The notes under the pieces: generated by a model
What the model was told of the DNA's origin: nothing
The model's input: only the letters and a program-made list of their open reading frames with translations
Databases searched by the model: none
In this document: one piece after another, positions 1-12,941 of the stretch
How positions within the stretch are numbered: position 1 is the first letter of the stretch
Layout: each line of letters starts with the position of its first letter
NCBI GenBank assembly: GCA_964036045.1
Contig: OZ038378.1
Location: 6,572,001-6,636,000, forward strand
DNA: 64,000 nt
Direction: 5' to 3'
DNA from: Eutreptiella sp. 'Long Island Sound 2002'
Lineage: Eukaryota > Protista > Euglenida
Translations under genes and position numbers: made by a program

Positions 1-279
1 GCACCACCATATAATTGGTAGTACCTGGTCACTTTTGATTGTGACCCTGCAATCACTATGTTTGGAGCCTGTGCAGAGATGCTGTTTATTTTTTGCGCTT
101 GGTGGTGGATGTGGGAGTGTGGGTGCCAGTGCAAGTGGTAGCGTAAGGTGGGCTTGGCATTGGAGGTGACTGTGGAAACGGGGTGAGGGTGGTAGTGCAC
201 TACAAATGCCCTTCCTGTGCACCCTCCCATGATAATTTGGGAAAGCAGCTATCCTTCGGATCCCATCCACCTGCCATGA

Positions 280-680
280 CCTCACATTGTAGCCTCCCCA
301 CCGCACCTTTCAGTGCATGCTCTGAATTTAAAGCAAACATTGTAGAGTGCACACACTTGTTGGAATCCTACAAGTGCTACCCATCGCTCCCCTTGTCTGA
401 GGCACACCTTTGTCTCAAGCTGACCATGTCTTGGTCCCGCATTGAGTTGGCCCCAATGTAATTTGGTACCAAATGTAAAAGCACAGTAAGACATGAGGCT
501 TTGAATTGACATTGCATTGTTGGGCACATTCATAATTTGCTGTACTAGATGATGAGGCAAACACACAAGTGATCATTGAGAGTCCCAGGCATACCCATGA
601 GTTTGGCTACCATTTGAGCTAGTAAGGTTGGAGGCCATGGAGGTTTAGCAAAAAGGTGATGAGCACCACATTTGGGTGGG
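280..680 (-). mobile_element. Degenerate non-LTR retrotransposon (LINE) reverse transcriptase fragment
   Basis: Minus-strand frames contain 'FAKPPWPPTLLAQMVAKLMGMP' (like D.AKAFD.V.H...L...G.P) followed by 'LETKVCLRQGE' (like G.RQG.PLSP), in RT domain order, with frameshifts and stops. Confidence 0.4.
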
Positions 681-724
681 AACTGTGCAACAAGTGAGTG
701 GTAAGAGGACAAGAGTTAGCTCTG

Positions 725-1269
725 CTAGAGGGAGTACCGGGCACCGTGCGCGCACGGTGCAAGTATTTGAGTTGTTCTCGGGACCAGTTCCTCTAATTTA
801 GAGGGTACCGCATGCCGTTGTTAGGGCAAAAGGCCATAAATAGTCTGCCCACATCGTTTATTTCGTTTTCCCACACGGCAATGTCTCTTTCATGGCTTCC
901 CAGTGGTGTCATTGTCACATACACCTGTTCTACTGGCACCCTAGTTGCAGCCACAGTTGAAGCACCGTCCGAATGCGGGCAGTTCGTGGCAATCAAGTGT
1001 GAAGTCAATGGGCACTTTGTTCATCACCCACGGGCACCAGCACATCGAATTGGAGTCCACATGGGCACGTCAGGAAATCACAGTGACCATCCAAGGCCCA
1101 CCAGGAATAACAGCAACCATTGAGAGCCAACCACGGGGAATGGTAACACTTCAGAGCCTACCAAGTACCATCTACAACCCCTCTCCCGGTAGACCATCTG
1201 CTGGGGAAATTGTTCAAATACTTGGCACGGTGCGCACGGTGCGCGCACGGTGCGAGTACTACCTCCTAG
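725..1269. mobile_element. MITE with ~45 bp imperfect terminal inverted repeats
   Basis: The left end ctagagggagtaccgggcaccgtgcgcgcacggtgcaagtatttga matches the reverse complement of the right end tcaaatacttggcacggtgcgcacggtgcgcgcacggtgcgagtactacctcctag. Both ends lie at CTAG/TA. Confidence 0.65.
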
Positions 1270-1719
1270 TGTGTGGGGATGGGGGGGGGATGTTAGCGCA
1301 CCAGGCATCGTTTTGTCCAAGACGCCCTTAATCAGCATACACTAGGCAACCACCCACTTTGGGGACCTGAGAATGCAAGGGTTGTGTAACCATTTTTGAT
1401 TGCGTCTGTGCAACCTTTTGGTACTATCGGTTAACTAGTCCATGTTATTCGTCTTCACGTTGGCGAACCCAAGAAGGCAAGGTTTATGAAGCCTTGTCTT
1501 TTTCCTCGAGATTATAGGGGTTATGCAACAATTTCATTTCCCCCCAAATAGCACGGGTTTTGTAGCCACTTCACTTTTCCATGACACATGGCAAGGGTTA
1601 TGTAGCCATTTCAATTTCCCCAGGATGGGGCCATGATGAGGTGTACAAGGGCCGAGTGCATGTCATTGTGCATATTAATGGAAGAAAGAATGGCGCCTTG
1701 ACAGGCTAACAACAATCAT

Positions 1720-2450
1720 AGGGGGCGCACCGTGTGCTGTGCGAAAAATCGGCTGTTTTCCACCACCGGTAGCCATGGGTCCCAGGGTCCTGAGTTCTGC
1801 ACCCTACAACCCCTAGCCCTTGCTGGTGCACCACGGGTTTTTTTGTTTACTCTGATGCTTGCCACGGGTCCCAGTGTCCTGAATTCTGCACCCTATGCTG
1901 CTTTGAATTGACCATGCATGCTGCTGTAGGTGGGTGGTTTTCAGGGGTGTTCCCGGGATAAACAATGTAATAATTGGCGCTGTGCGAAAACGCCCCAATA
2001 TAATGATGTACACAAGTGGAACAGGGCACTGACTGAGCAATTGTTGGCATTGGGGTCTGGTTTGGAACATTTGGCGTGGCTGTCCAAATGCGTTGCATCA
2101 ATAATTTTGTGTTTTTGATGCATTTTGCACAGTTTTGTATTTAGAGGTAGGTCCGGTACCCCCTTGACCGTGGGAACACGTTCCCCCTCATGTTTGGAAA
2201 ATTTTTGATGCAAGCAACTAAGCTGCCGCTCAAGATGATTGAGGAAATGATGTTGAGGTTTGTGCATTGGGCTATCGGAAGCACACCGCCACACTTTGTG
2301 GTGAATGTAATGAACACTGTTGTGCAGAGTGTGTTGACCCCCACACTGGTGGGGACAAAACTGTCGTGCAATACATGCCACATGTGTTGAGCAAGTGGAA
2401 TTCACAGCTTTGGTCTTATGTTGTGTGTTGTGTGCTTGCAGGGAAGGGTT
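1720..2450 (+). mobile_element. Dispersed repeat carrying a piggyBac-like C-terminal Cys-rich domain relic
   Basis: Translates to YRKHTATLCGECNEHCCAECVDPH (R..T...C..C...C..C...H pattern). DNA homology is visible to 8880-9050 and to 32310-32620. Confidence 0.35.
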
Positions 2451-4158
2451 CGTGGTTGATTCTAGTTTGCTTGGAGGGCTTCCCTTGGGTAAAATTGGAG
2501 CTAAAGTCGGGATACTTGGTACAAAAGTAGGGTACCTGGTGCACGCAAGGCAAACACTCCCCTTGGAGGGGGACGAGTAGAGGGTATGGTTGGCAGGCGC
2601 TGGATGAATTGCGGCATCTTGCTATTATTTTGTTTTGTTTTGTTTATTTTGTTTTATTATTTCACTAGCCAAAGCCAAAGTTGGGAGATGTGGTCAAGTG
2701 CTATATTTTGCTTGTGACTGAACCAAGAGAGAGGAACTATACATGATGGTGTGTGCAGGTTGGGCTCAATAGGTACTGCTTGTGGTCCTATTTCTGACCC
2801 ACACGGTGAGTTTGGCTGCAGGAGAGGGAGCAAGAGCCCTGAACTTGACCCAATGCCGAGGCCACAAGATATTTGATAATACAAGGCACAAACTCAAGGC
2901 AACATTCAGCACTGGAACCCCCCGCCCCCCCACCCAGCCCCCGGGCCTCTGTGCAGGGTCAAGTAGGTCGAAAGGAGCTGTCCATCAGTAGTACAGATGC
3001 AGACCAGTTATCATGGTCGACAAAACACGGCAGCCACTTGACAATAAGCCGTCTCACAAGTGTACATAAGGCAAGGTGGTGTGGAAAACAAATGTCATTG
3101 ATACCTGCCGAACATTGCTGCATATGCATACCAAGGACGTGTATATGTGGAGCGCTAGTGGACGTGTGTGCAGCCACCCCCCGTGCATGTGGTGTCACCT
3201 TCGTGACCACAAAAAATTGGTACTTGGTAAGGGGGCAAACCTCCAAGGTACACGTATGAGAAACCCCCTTCTAGTATCTACAACCTGGGAAGTTGAACAA
3301 GCTCTTTCGGAAGTCTGCACCCCTAGGATCGGCGATGCCATTGTGGGAATAGGGGGTTGGTTCCTTGAACACTGCTCACCAGTGCTCGCACAAGGGACAT
3401 TGGGTAGCCTCATGCTACTGATGCTGTGCAAATTGATATTCGCAAGCTCCGTTGCTGCCACTTGTGCCTCGCTTTCCAGGCAAACCAGTTTTGGTGTGCG
3501 GTGACGGTACTTGCCCCACGGGGGGTAGGGGTGTCCCTTGGCTGCTGTCCTCTGCGGGCAATGTATGCCTGGATGGGGGGGGCGGGTGAAAGGGGCGGGG
3601 AGTCATGGCTTTTGGTGCTGTGGATACCCCAAATGGGGGGGAGTGGGTGAGTTTTTTGGGTGCTTGGGTCCTTTAGAATTTATCCCCCCTCCCCTCGGGG
3701 TATACCATAAGTGGGTATGCGGTTTGATGCTGGTCAGGCCAGTTTTTTTGCTGCATGTCTAGACCATAAGTCACACCATTGCTTAGAAGAAGGGAACGTA
3801 GCTCATTGATCGTGCACTAAGCCATTTATGGCCCATCTATGGGATGTTGTGGGCGTAATTCCTGGGTAGGGCAATGTTCGGGACAAATAGTACATTGAGT
3901 ACATTTTTTTTTTGGAGAGGCCAATGGGCGTGTGCGTGGGTGGGTTCGGTTTCACCCCCTCCCCCCTGGCTGCCCTGTAGCTAAAAACCAGCCTTGGTGG
4001 GGGTACGAATGTTGTTGTTGCTTCGTGTATTAGCCACATATGATGGCACCAGTGCAGGTGCTTGGGTTATTACATGCGTTCATTTCTCAGTGTCTTGTCC
4101 CCAATCTCACCAGCTCTTTGTCATTCGTCATTTGTTCTGAAATGCCCCTGTCACACGG

Positions 4159-4731
4159 ATGAAGATTTTGAAGTACGTGTTTCCCCAGCTACATGATGAA
4201 AACGGCAAACGATCGCCTAATGTCCCTCCCACCTCTGACCCCAGGCGTCCTGAGCCCAGCGTACCACGAACGTTTCTGTGTGGGTCAACGCAAGTTATTG
4301 CGCAGGACTTTGATACTCCATATGGGATGACGCAGTGTGCACAAATTGTTATGTGGCACTCAATCCAAGGCATTGCACGCTTGGCCACTTGGCATGGCAC
4401 CCAGAGGCTGCCAGAAGATACGTTGAATTCCATTGGCCGGCATGCTCTTCTTGGGGAAATCGGAAGGTGTGCTCGTTTCCAATTTCCGTGAACGCTCAAC
4501 CACGAACCGCTGCCGCTCATGCATCCAGCTGCCGTCAGCAAATCGCTGACTGCCATCTGCGCAATCCAGTGCCACCAGGGAACTGGCCGCACAACGGTCT
4601 GCTGTGTTCTCCCATGCAGCGAAAAACCAAAGGAACACGATTTTTCGAAGCTTCCTTTCCTTACATACTTAAACCCACAGCATTTTCTGCCGCTTTTGCC
4701 AAAGCAAAACCCTCCAACAGAAAAAGCCCTG

Positions 4732-4735
<4 letters not shown>
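4159..4735 (+). pseudogene. Interrupted reading frame with an OTU-protease-like C-terminal His box
   Basis: ORFs 4159 and 4519 share one frame, separated by a single TGA. The frame ends LPFLTYLNPQHFLPLLP, resembling the OTU His motif (P..L.Y....HF.PL). No clear catalytic Cys box was seen. Confidence 0.25.
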
Positions 4736-4765
<30 letters not shown>

Positions 4766-5089
4766 GCCCGCTTTTTCTGACTCTCAAGGGGGGCCAGTGC
4801 AGTCATGATGACATCCTTCTGGCACAGGCCCCCCCCGCTGAGCGCCCACCCCTGGACCCATGCGGGCCTTCCTCTATATGGCATCCCCCCCCCCCCCCCA
4901 CACACACCCGCCCGCTTTTTCTGACGAGGCACAGGAGAGCCAACACTCTGGTTACTTAACCAACAAACCACTGAGGTTCTGATTCCGCAGAAGGGAGGGG
5001 ACCAACGTCCCACAGAGGCCTCAGCAGACCTGAGCCAAATGGGGCGTCCAGCCCAACGCTGCACAAGGATCCACCTCTAAAAGTACAGA

Positions 5090-5124
<35 letters not shown>

Positions 5125-5329
5125 GACATTAATTGTATGCCGATTGAAGTTCACATACAGTCAACGGGAGCCTGTACATTTCCACAACAGATGGGCAGGG
5201 CAAGGAAGCTGTGTATGAGTGTGCTAGTCGGCCTGCCAGCAAGGCACAAGAACTGTGGACTCATGGTTTTGCTGTTGATTACAGGATCTTAGGCCTGTTG
5301 AACCTCGATGTGAATGATTTGGGTGTCAA

Positions 5330-5353
5330 ACACACACACGCACACATACACAC

Positions 5354-5401
<48 letters not shown>
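5330..5401. repeat. (CA)n microsatellite, imperfect
   Basis: Direct reading; further CA tracts at about 4735-4762 and 5092-5122. Confidence 0.95.
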
Positions 5402-5406
<5 letters not shown>

Positions 5407-5631
5407 GCCGCAGGCGGCGGGAGATGCGCAATGCGCCCATGGATATTCCAGATCCTGAGCCAGATTAGAGACAGGCACAGCGCTGAGACAAAATGTACGT
5501 AAGTGACCTACGAACCAGCCTCTTTTTGTACTGCAAGTGTGTATAAAGAGCATCAGAGAACTGCCACAGGCATGAACAGAGCATGGATTGAACCACCACT
5601 GACGCGGGGCAATTGGCAATTGGCACACACA

Positions 5632-6131
5632 AGGGTCCCCGGCTCACTCAACCGGGCTAAGCGTAGGTCTCGCAACCGTAAGGTCGTGGGTTCGATCCCC
5701 GGAGCGGGCATGTCTGGAGGCGGGCGGCGGCAGCCGTGCGTCAAGGGCATCCTTGGGGGAAATCGCCAAATGAGTAGGCCGTGGAGGCCGCCTCGCTGCC
5801 GCGAGCACCACCAGCTGTGGAAGCCCAGATACACATACAACACACGGGGCGACATGGCGATGACGGGCTCATCGAACTCATGCCGTGGAGCTGGCCCGGC
5901 GGAAGCCACGGAGCCACCACCCCACTTCCAGGGTGGTCCTGGGGCAGCGAGCTAGGTTCTGGCCCAAGTGCATATCGCACTGGTCGAGGGGTAACAAAGG
6001 GACGCACTCACACCCCTGGCCTGCACCGTGGGCCTGCTATGATGGGGTAAGCGACCCGACCTGAGGACGCCAGTGTGGCCTATACGGGCTCAACCGGGAG
6101 ACCTGGTAAAAATGATACAACCTGGCAATTG

Positions 6132-6132
<1 letters not shown>
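5632..6132 (+). mobile_element. tRNA-derived SINE, copy 1
   Basis: Head ...CTCAACCGGGCTAAGCGTAGGTCTCGCAACCGTAAGGTCGTGGGTTCGATCCCC has an anticodon-like loop CTCGCAA and a B-box GGTTCGATCC. The ~430 bp body is homologous to 6389-6850 and 46645-46955. Confidence 0.75.

Positions 6133-6211
<79 letters not shown>
6133..6211. repeat. Perfect (CA)n microsatellite, about 39 units
   Basis: Direct reading. Confidence 0.97.
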
Positions 6212-6213
<2 letters not shown>

Positions 6214-6388
6214 GGAGGGATGGTGTATTGTTCTTACAGTTTGGAAGCTGTGAATGAGTGTGCTAGGGGTTATGCAAGCCCGCCCATCAAACTACAAACT
6301 CATGGTTTTGCAGCCTTTGTACGAGAGTAGATTGTTGAACCTCGCAGTTTGAGCATGACTGGAATCGTTGTCTTGGCACACACACACA

Positions 6389-6850
6389 GGAACCCCAGTT
6401 AACTCAACCGGGCTTAGCGTAGGTCTCACAACCGAAAGGTTGTGGGGTCGATTCCCGGATCGGGTGTGCCTAGAGGCGGGCGGTGGCAGCTGTGCGTCAC
6501 GGGCATCCTTTGTGGGGAAATTGCCAAATTGAGTAGGCCTTGGAGGCCGCCTCACTGCCACGAGCACCACCAGCTGTGAAAGCCCCAATACACACACAAC
6601 ACACGGGGCAGCATGGCAATGACGGGCTTGTTGAACTAATACCGTGGAGCTGGCCCGGCGGAACCCACAGAGCCACCACCCCACTTTCAGCGTGGTCCTC
6701 GGGCAGTAAGCCAGGTTCTGGCCTCGAGTGCATATTGCACTGGTCGAGGGGCCACACAGGGACGCACCTCTGGCTTGCTCCGTGGGCCTCACCAATGGGG
6801 AGCGACCCGAGGACACGAATGTGGCCATACAAGCTCAACCGGGAGACCCG
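6389..6850 (+). mobile_element. tRNA-derived SINE, copy 2
   Basis: Same head (ctcaaccgggcttagcgtaggtctcacaaccgaaaggttgtggggtcgattcccgga) and body as 5632-6132; begins immediately after a CA tract. Confidence 0.75.
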
Positions 6851-7198
6851 GTACCCTTGCTCCTTGCTACTTCACTATTGGGTTTGTGGACGGGATGCTT
6901 TTGTGCACCTCTATGTCCCAGGCTTCATCATTTCCTACCCCTGAACCCCATCCCAGAGGATAATAACCTGGGCCCAAAGTTTGGATGTGTCCACATATGC
7001 CACCGCAGCCAAGTTCACAGCAAGTGCTCAGGGGCATAGGGGTGACGACAGCGGACATGCTGCAGCAACGCCAATCTTCAGTTGTTGAGCCAACTGTATG
7101 GCCTAGGCTTGGCCCTTCCACTATCATCTAGTCACTCGCCCTCTCTCACACATCCTTGCAATCCCTCCTACCTATTGCCTCCCACTTCTTTTGACCAA

Positions 7199-7840
7199 GG
7201 TTAGCAATAACTTGGGTTTTGCCACAAGCGGGGGGGTTGAGACCACGCACCAGGCCTTGACAGTCCCAATCAGCTACTCACCCACTGCTGCAGACTTGAA
7301 GTGTTTCTTGTAGGGATCGGATGTGCATGTTGGGTGTGGAGGCCTCCTTGTGTGTGGGGCTCTGCCTTTGTGAGGGTGGGTAGCTGGCTTGGGTAGACCT
7401 AGTTACGTGGGGGGGCATGGGCTTTATACCAAGAGTAATTGGTCTGCGGCTATTCTGTTTTGTGCTAGTGTGTTCTAGGGCGAGGACAGGGAATGGGGCC
7501 ACCGGTTCAAGCAAAACCTAGGTTAGCAACAACCTAGGCTTTGCCACAGGGAGGGGGGGGTGAGACCATGTAGCAGGCCTTGACACTCCCAGTCATCTAC
7601 TCTCCCACTGATGCAGACGTGAACTGTTTCTTGTAGGGACCGGATTCCTGTTTTGATGGCCCGCTTGGGCGTTCTTGTCGATACGGCAGCCGAGTAAAGG
7701 CTGGTTGGCTTAGCGCCGCTGCTGTCATCATGTTCTTCACAGAACCTAGATAGCCCCCAAAGTAATTGGTTTGTGATTGTTCTGTTTTGTGCCAGTGCGT
7801 CCTACGGCGAGGACAGCGAACGGGGCCACGAGTACAAGCA
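7199..7840. repeat. Diverged tandem duplication, period about 320 bp
   Basis: ggttagcaataacttgggttttgccacaagc... at 7199 recurs as ggttagcaacaacctaggctttgccacagg... at 7521, with continued similarity. Confidence 0.75.
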
Positions 7841-8879
7841 AAACACCCTTGCACTCCCTCCCATCCCTTCTCACCCCTTTTGACCATGTCAACGTGTCAT
7901 GGATCAGCCTAGTTGTTGTGTACCCGGGTGCAAAGACAACAAATGACACAGTAGCCGTATGGACTAGATGTGGTGTGGAAATTGTAACTGTGATGAACCC
8001 TTAGCAGCCATTGGTTTCAAGAGTTTGGCCATAGATAGACTAGCATGCAACCGTTACCTTTTGCTCCCGCCCTAACCCAGTTAGCTGAACTCAGTTTCAT
8101 ATGTGAAGGCCCAGAAATTCCCACTTGCGGAACCTTGCGGGAACACTATTCCAAAATAGAGAACATATGGAAAAATGGTGGACAATGGGTGAAGCTGTTT
8201 CGTTTTTGGAAAACTGAATGGAAAAATGGTGATAAACCACCCCAAAACAGGTAGAAAACGGTGGTTTTTATTGCTAGGGGGACATGAGGGGGGGGGGTAA
8301 ACTAGGCGACGTGTGAAGGAAAACTGGGGGAAAATGGGGAAAATGGAGAGAAATAGGGAAAAGTGGGGAAGAATAGGGCAGAAGTTGGGAATACATGGGG
8401 GGGGGGTGAGTGGTTTGCATGCAATCCATGGGTCCCGTTTCACTGTGTAGCCCCTTTTCTCCCATGGACCATTTTGCACCCATGCAAAGGGGTGCGTTAC
8501 ATTCCGCTGAAGGTTGTCCGTGACGTGGGGGAGTGTTAGCACGCCGGGCATCTTTTTTGACCTGTGTCCCACCGGTGACCTTTTAGGAGGTGCATTAAGG
8601 GGGCGCATTTAGCGCAGTGCAGCTATTTGGGTGTCTGCCTGTACTAGAGACCCATACTTTGAGATACTAGGGGCATCATTGTCGCCCCTAGCGTAGGTTT
8701 TGAGATCTGATTTTGTCCCCTTTGTTGGGGACCCCGAGAATGCAAGGGTGATGTAGCATTTCCGCCCTCTTTTGGGCTCCCGAGAAGGCAGGGGTGAGGC
8801 AGCCAATTCTGATTGTGTCCCCCTTTGTTTGGGGACCCCCGAGAATGTAGGGGTGACGTAGCATGTGTAGCAAGTGTGT

Positions 8880-10300
8880 GTGTTGTGTTGTCAGAAGCGC
8901 TCCACCGTCGCAGTTTGTGATGAGTGAAAGGAGCACTATTGTACTGAATGTATTGACACCCACACTTGTGGGAGCAATGTTGTTTGTGAAGTACCATACA
9001 AATAACATTTGGAGTGGTTGAATTCACGGCTATTGCTTTATTATGCAACGTGCTTTGTAGGGAAGGTGTGCAGTGCAATGTGGTAGGGCTTATGCATGAG
9101 AGGGTAAATCTGGGGCTGAAGTCAGGATAGTTAATAGAAAAGTAGTGCGCCGGGCAAACATTCCCCCTATGGAGGGGTTGGGTGTCAGCTGGCTTGGCTA
9201 GCTCTCCAATTGTTCCCTAGTCTCCACATTTTTTCCCATTTCCCCCCATTTTCGCTATCTCTTTTCCGCAGTTTCTCCCATTTCCCACCACTTTCCCCCG
9301 TTTCCCCCCACTTCTCCGCATTTTTCCTATTGTCCCATTTTTCCTTGGGAATGTTGTTGGGAGCCTTATTGCCCGTTGTGTTGGAAAATTCTGATTGGAA
9401 AATTATTGCATAATGCAGTTGTTCATATTGAATATCAAGTATCACGTGCATCGTGTTTGGGGCCATTTTCTGCAGGCCATTTTCTAGACATGGGCATCTT
9501 GAGGTGGAATCCCAACGGATCCACATGCTCATCCAAAGTGTTGTCAACTTTATCATCACTCATTGCCCCTAAATGGTGATTTTATTCATTCATTGTGAAT
9601 TTTGTTTGCGTGTTGTAAGGGGGGTGATTCTTGGCCTACGGTGTATGTGCAGCCTATGCTATGCAGCTAGCACCCCGTGCGTTCTTGTCAATTTTCATTT
9701 AATTCTTAGGGGGTGCACTTGATGTGGCGTGCATGCTTCCAGGAGATTTGGCCACCTATCCAGACCAAGCAACCGTGCCTACCACCAAGGGGTTTTCTCT
9801 CTCCAGGGGCCGTTTTAGGAGGGGGGAAAGCCTACGCGGTTGCGGGAAAACACGCTGTAAAAGTAGCGCGCGGTGTGGGTAATCCCCCTTATTGTTGGCC
9901 CCTATTTTATCTCCATTGCATCTCCACCCTATGTAGGTGCCTAGCACATTGTGCTCACACTACATAATAATGTGCCACACCAAAGACATATATTTTGTAT
10001 TTCGAGCACTATTGTTATTTGGTACTAGCCAATTAGGAGATTCTTCCTCTTTGGGAATATGGCATAGCTCACTTTTCACCCATTTTTCACCCTTTTTCAC
10101 CTCTTCTTGTCTTTTGTCATTGGATATTGGATTATGATGACAGGGACCCAACAACTAGTGCATTCAATAGGAAGCTTGAGAATTGGATGTGGTACAACAT
10201 GCATTCTATACGATGCCCCGTGTCCACGTACCAGGTCATGTCCTTTGTGAGGGTTGTATAGTGTGTGTTGGGAACAAGATCTGGAACTTTCATACAAACA
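8880..10300. mobile_element. Cluster of piggyBac-like transposase relics in mixed orientation
   Basis: + strand 8880-9050 holds a Cys-rich domain copy (CQKRSTVAVCDE*KEHYCTECIDTH). The - strand has KVDNTLDEHVDPLGFHLKMPMSRKW (about 9380-9560) and LYNPHKGHDLVRGHGASYRM (about 10130-10300), resembling the piggyBac YN..KG.VD..DQ...Y...KW region. Confidence 0.3.
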
Positions 10301-12941
10301 GCGTCGGAATAAGTAGACACGTAAAAAGTGGAGTGCCTTTGGTCATGCCTTGGGCTTAGGGCAAGCAATGGGGCAAAGGGTGCTGGGTCCAAGAGGGTGT
10401 TCCTTGCCATTTTGGGGGTGCAGTAGTTCGTGGGTGCACTAGAATGTTGAAATTGTGAACATTGTGCATTGTGCATACGTGCTTTGCTGAGACTCCTCCC
10501 ATACGTGTGACTACAACTGCAACCCGGGACATTTTCACTCTGCTGAATCCTTCTTGATATCTGCCTCACCATTGTCCTCTGTGTGCCCCCCCCCCCCATT
10601 TTGAGGGCGGGGAACTTCAAACAACACATTTTGGAAGGATGGATCGGGCTGGGTATTGAGGCCCATGAAGGGGTACAAACGGCCAAAACTACCGTATAAC
10701 ATCACCGATAGCAGGATCCTCACCCAAGCGCCAAAAATAGGAGAAACGAGGATGAAAAACCCCCAAAATAGTGTCTCCTACCCTGATATCGGTTTGTACG
10801 GTATAGGACTGATGAGCGGTGAGGGAAATACCCCCAATCGCTGTGTTATGGGGGTATATAGGGGTAACGCGTACCATTTGGGGGGCAAAAATGGCCATTT
10901 CTAGTACTCTGGTTTGGATCCTTCTGGTTTGGAGTAGTGATGCCATACCCTATTTTTAGCCGTTCCTAGGCCTTGATGGTAGGGCCTGATAACCGACCAA
11001 AGCCTTCCGAAATGCTTCTAAAACACTTATTTTGAGCTCCTTGCCCCATAAGGGGGTGTGGGTTCTCTAAACCCTTTCAAACCCCAACCAGTAGTGGGGG
11101 CAGGGTGTGTGTGTGTGTGTGTGTGTGTGTGGAGAGTGTATCATTGCCATGTATTTTAATCTCTGCCCTGGACATGGCTGCCTCTCGTATGCTGCCCCCC
11201 GCCCTCTGCATCTGTATATGGTCATTTAATTCAATTGAGTATGACGAGTTAGTGCAGTATAGTACCGGAAGGGGGAGTCTCACAATGAGGCCTTACTTCC
11301 CATGTTTGGTTGCGTGCCACTTGAAAGTTAGCAGTTTTGGTTTTGCTTGAACTGCTGAAAGCAGGCGTGGCATGTAAATGGACATTGCTTTGCATGTTGC
11401 TTCCAGGTATTTTAGCACATGATGAATTGATTGCTTCCCCCCTCTGCATCTTAGGTTGGATCACAGTTTTGATTTGCAAAAGCAAAACATGGAATACAAG
11501 TGCAATCTGCTACCAGAGTTTGGAGTCATTGTCAGCAGTGTACTGTTCAGTGCAAGCAAACCCCAACTTCAAACGAAGAGGCATTTGCCAGAGCTTGCAA
11601 CAACCAAATATTGCCTGAGTTTTGTGGTCAGTCGTGATTACCTCAAGGCTTTTGGTATGCTGGTATCTGCCCGTGTGCACGTGAAGTGACTGAATTCTGC
11701 TGATCAGAAACTGGTGCGACTGAAAGCATCCCGTTTTTCTTGTATTTGAATTTTCGTGCCGTAGCTGCAGCTATACCCACCCAGGGCAGGTCTGGAAGAC
11801 ACCCCACAGCTTTTCCTCCCCATCAGTCGCCCATGTAAATAGGCTGAAGTTTATCTCATTCACCTGGTCTTGGTGATCTCCTTGTGCATTTCGGACGACT
11901 TGACGGCAATTCGAGTCGAATGAGTGCTTCTTCGGGACATGTTGGTGGTGGCTGGCCTGGATCACAAATCGGGCCCCCCATCCTCAGCCTCCTGTGTTTC
12001 GTCCACTCATTGACCTGCTGCGCGCCCTGAACAGTCACCGGTTTTCCTTCTGGAGTCGTCCACTACGTTTCTCTTGTGCTCTCGTCTTCTTTATGTTTCA
12101 AGTTAACTTGTTTTTTTTCAGTCAATGGTGCGCAAAACATCGCCTGGGCTGTGTTTGGATCCGTCTCCTGCTGTGTTCTGCCCCTCCTGGTGAAGGCCTG
12201 TCATCCAATCGCCAGGACTGTGGGGCTGGCTGAGCACCGCTGTTTTTGCGGACCATCTTGGTCCTGCTGGGCTGCTGGCTGCTGACTTACTGCCATGCCT
12301 ATGCTCAGCAAACACCATGAAGATACTGTTTGCTGCATGCAGTCGGACCGCACACTTTGTGAAGTGATTGAATGGATTTGTGGCCTACACTCATTGTTGC
12401 ACCAGAACTGTGTGCCATGCTTCATGAGGCACACAAGGGGGAAGGCACACAGGGGTGTTTGGGCCTTGGAGAGGGGTTTCACCAACGGCTCTCCGTGCGC
12501 CTCATGCGCGCCAACATCCCCCCCCACTACGTGCCCCCCCCCCCCCCGAGAGCGCATGTACAAGTGTGCACTGGAACATCTTTCAGAAGAGGGCCTTTGG
12601 CCCCGTTTCTTAATGTAGTCTCTTTGTGTCTACAATGAAGGCAGTGTCTACGATTAGCCGACCGCACGTACTGCACCAGGCAGTGTCTACAGACTACAGA
12701 TTGGTATACCCTTGTTCACGGGTAAATGGCCAACCCCACCTCTTTGCATCCCCCCCATCCCCCATTCTTAGACAACCCCCTTGCAGCTGGGGTGGGTGGG
12801 TGGGACGTGAACTGAAAGTGGAGTTCAGCGCGCCAGAGGTGCACACGGGGGCGGGTTTGGTGCTCACCAGTTGCACAGTGGCACCCAGTTTGTACCTCAT
12901 CACATGAGGTACACAATCTACCGAATCACTCCTTGTCTCAG

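Noticed and set aside
5632-5710. Functional tRNA-Ala(CGC)
   Set aside because: Anticodon and acceptor stems pair poorly, and three diverged copies are fused to a common body, so it is a SINE head.
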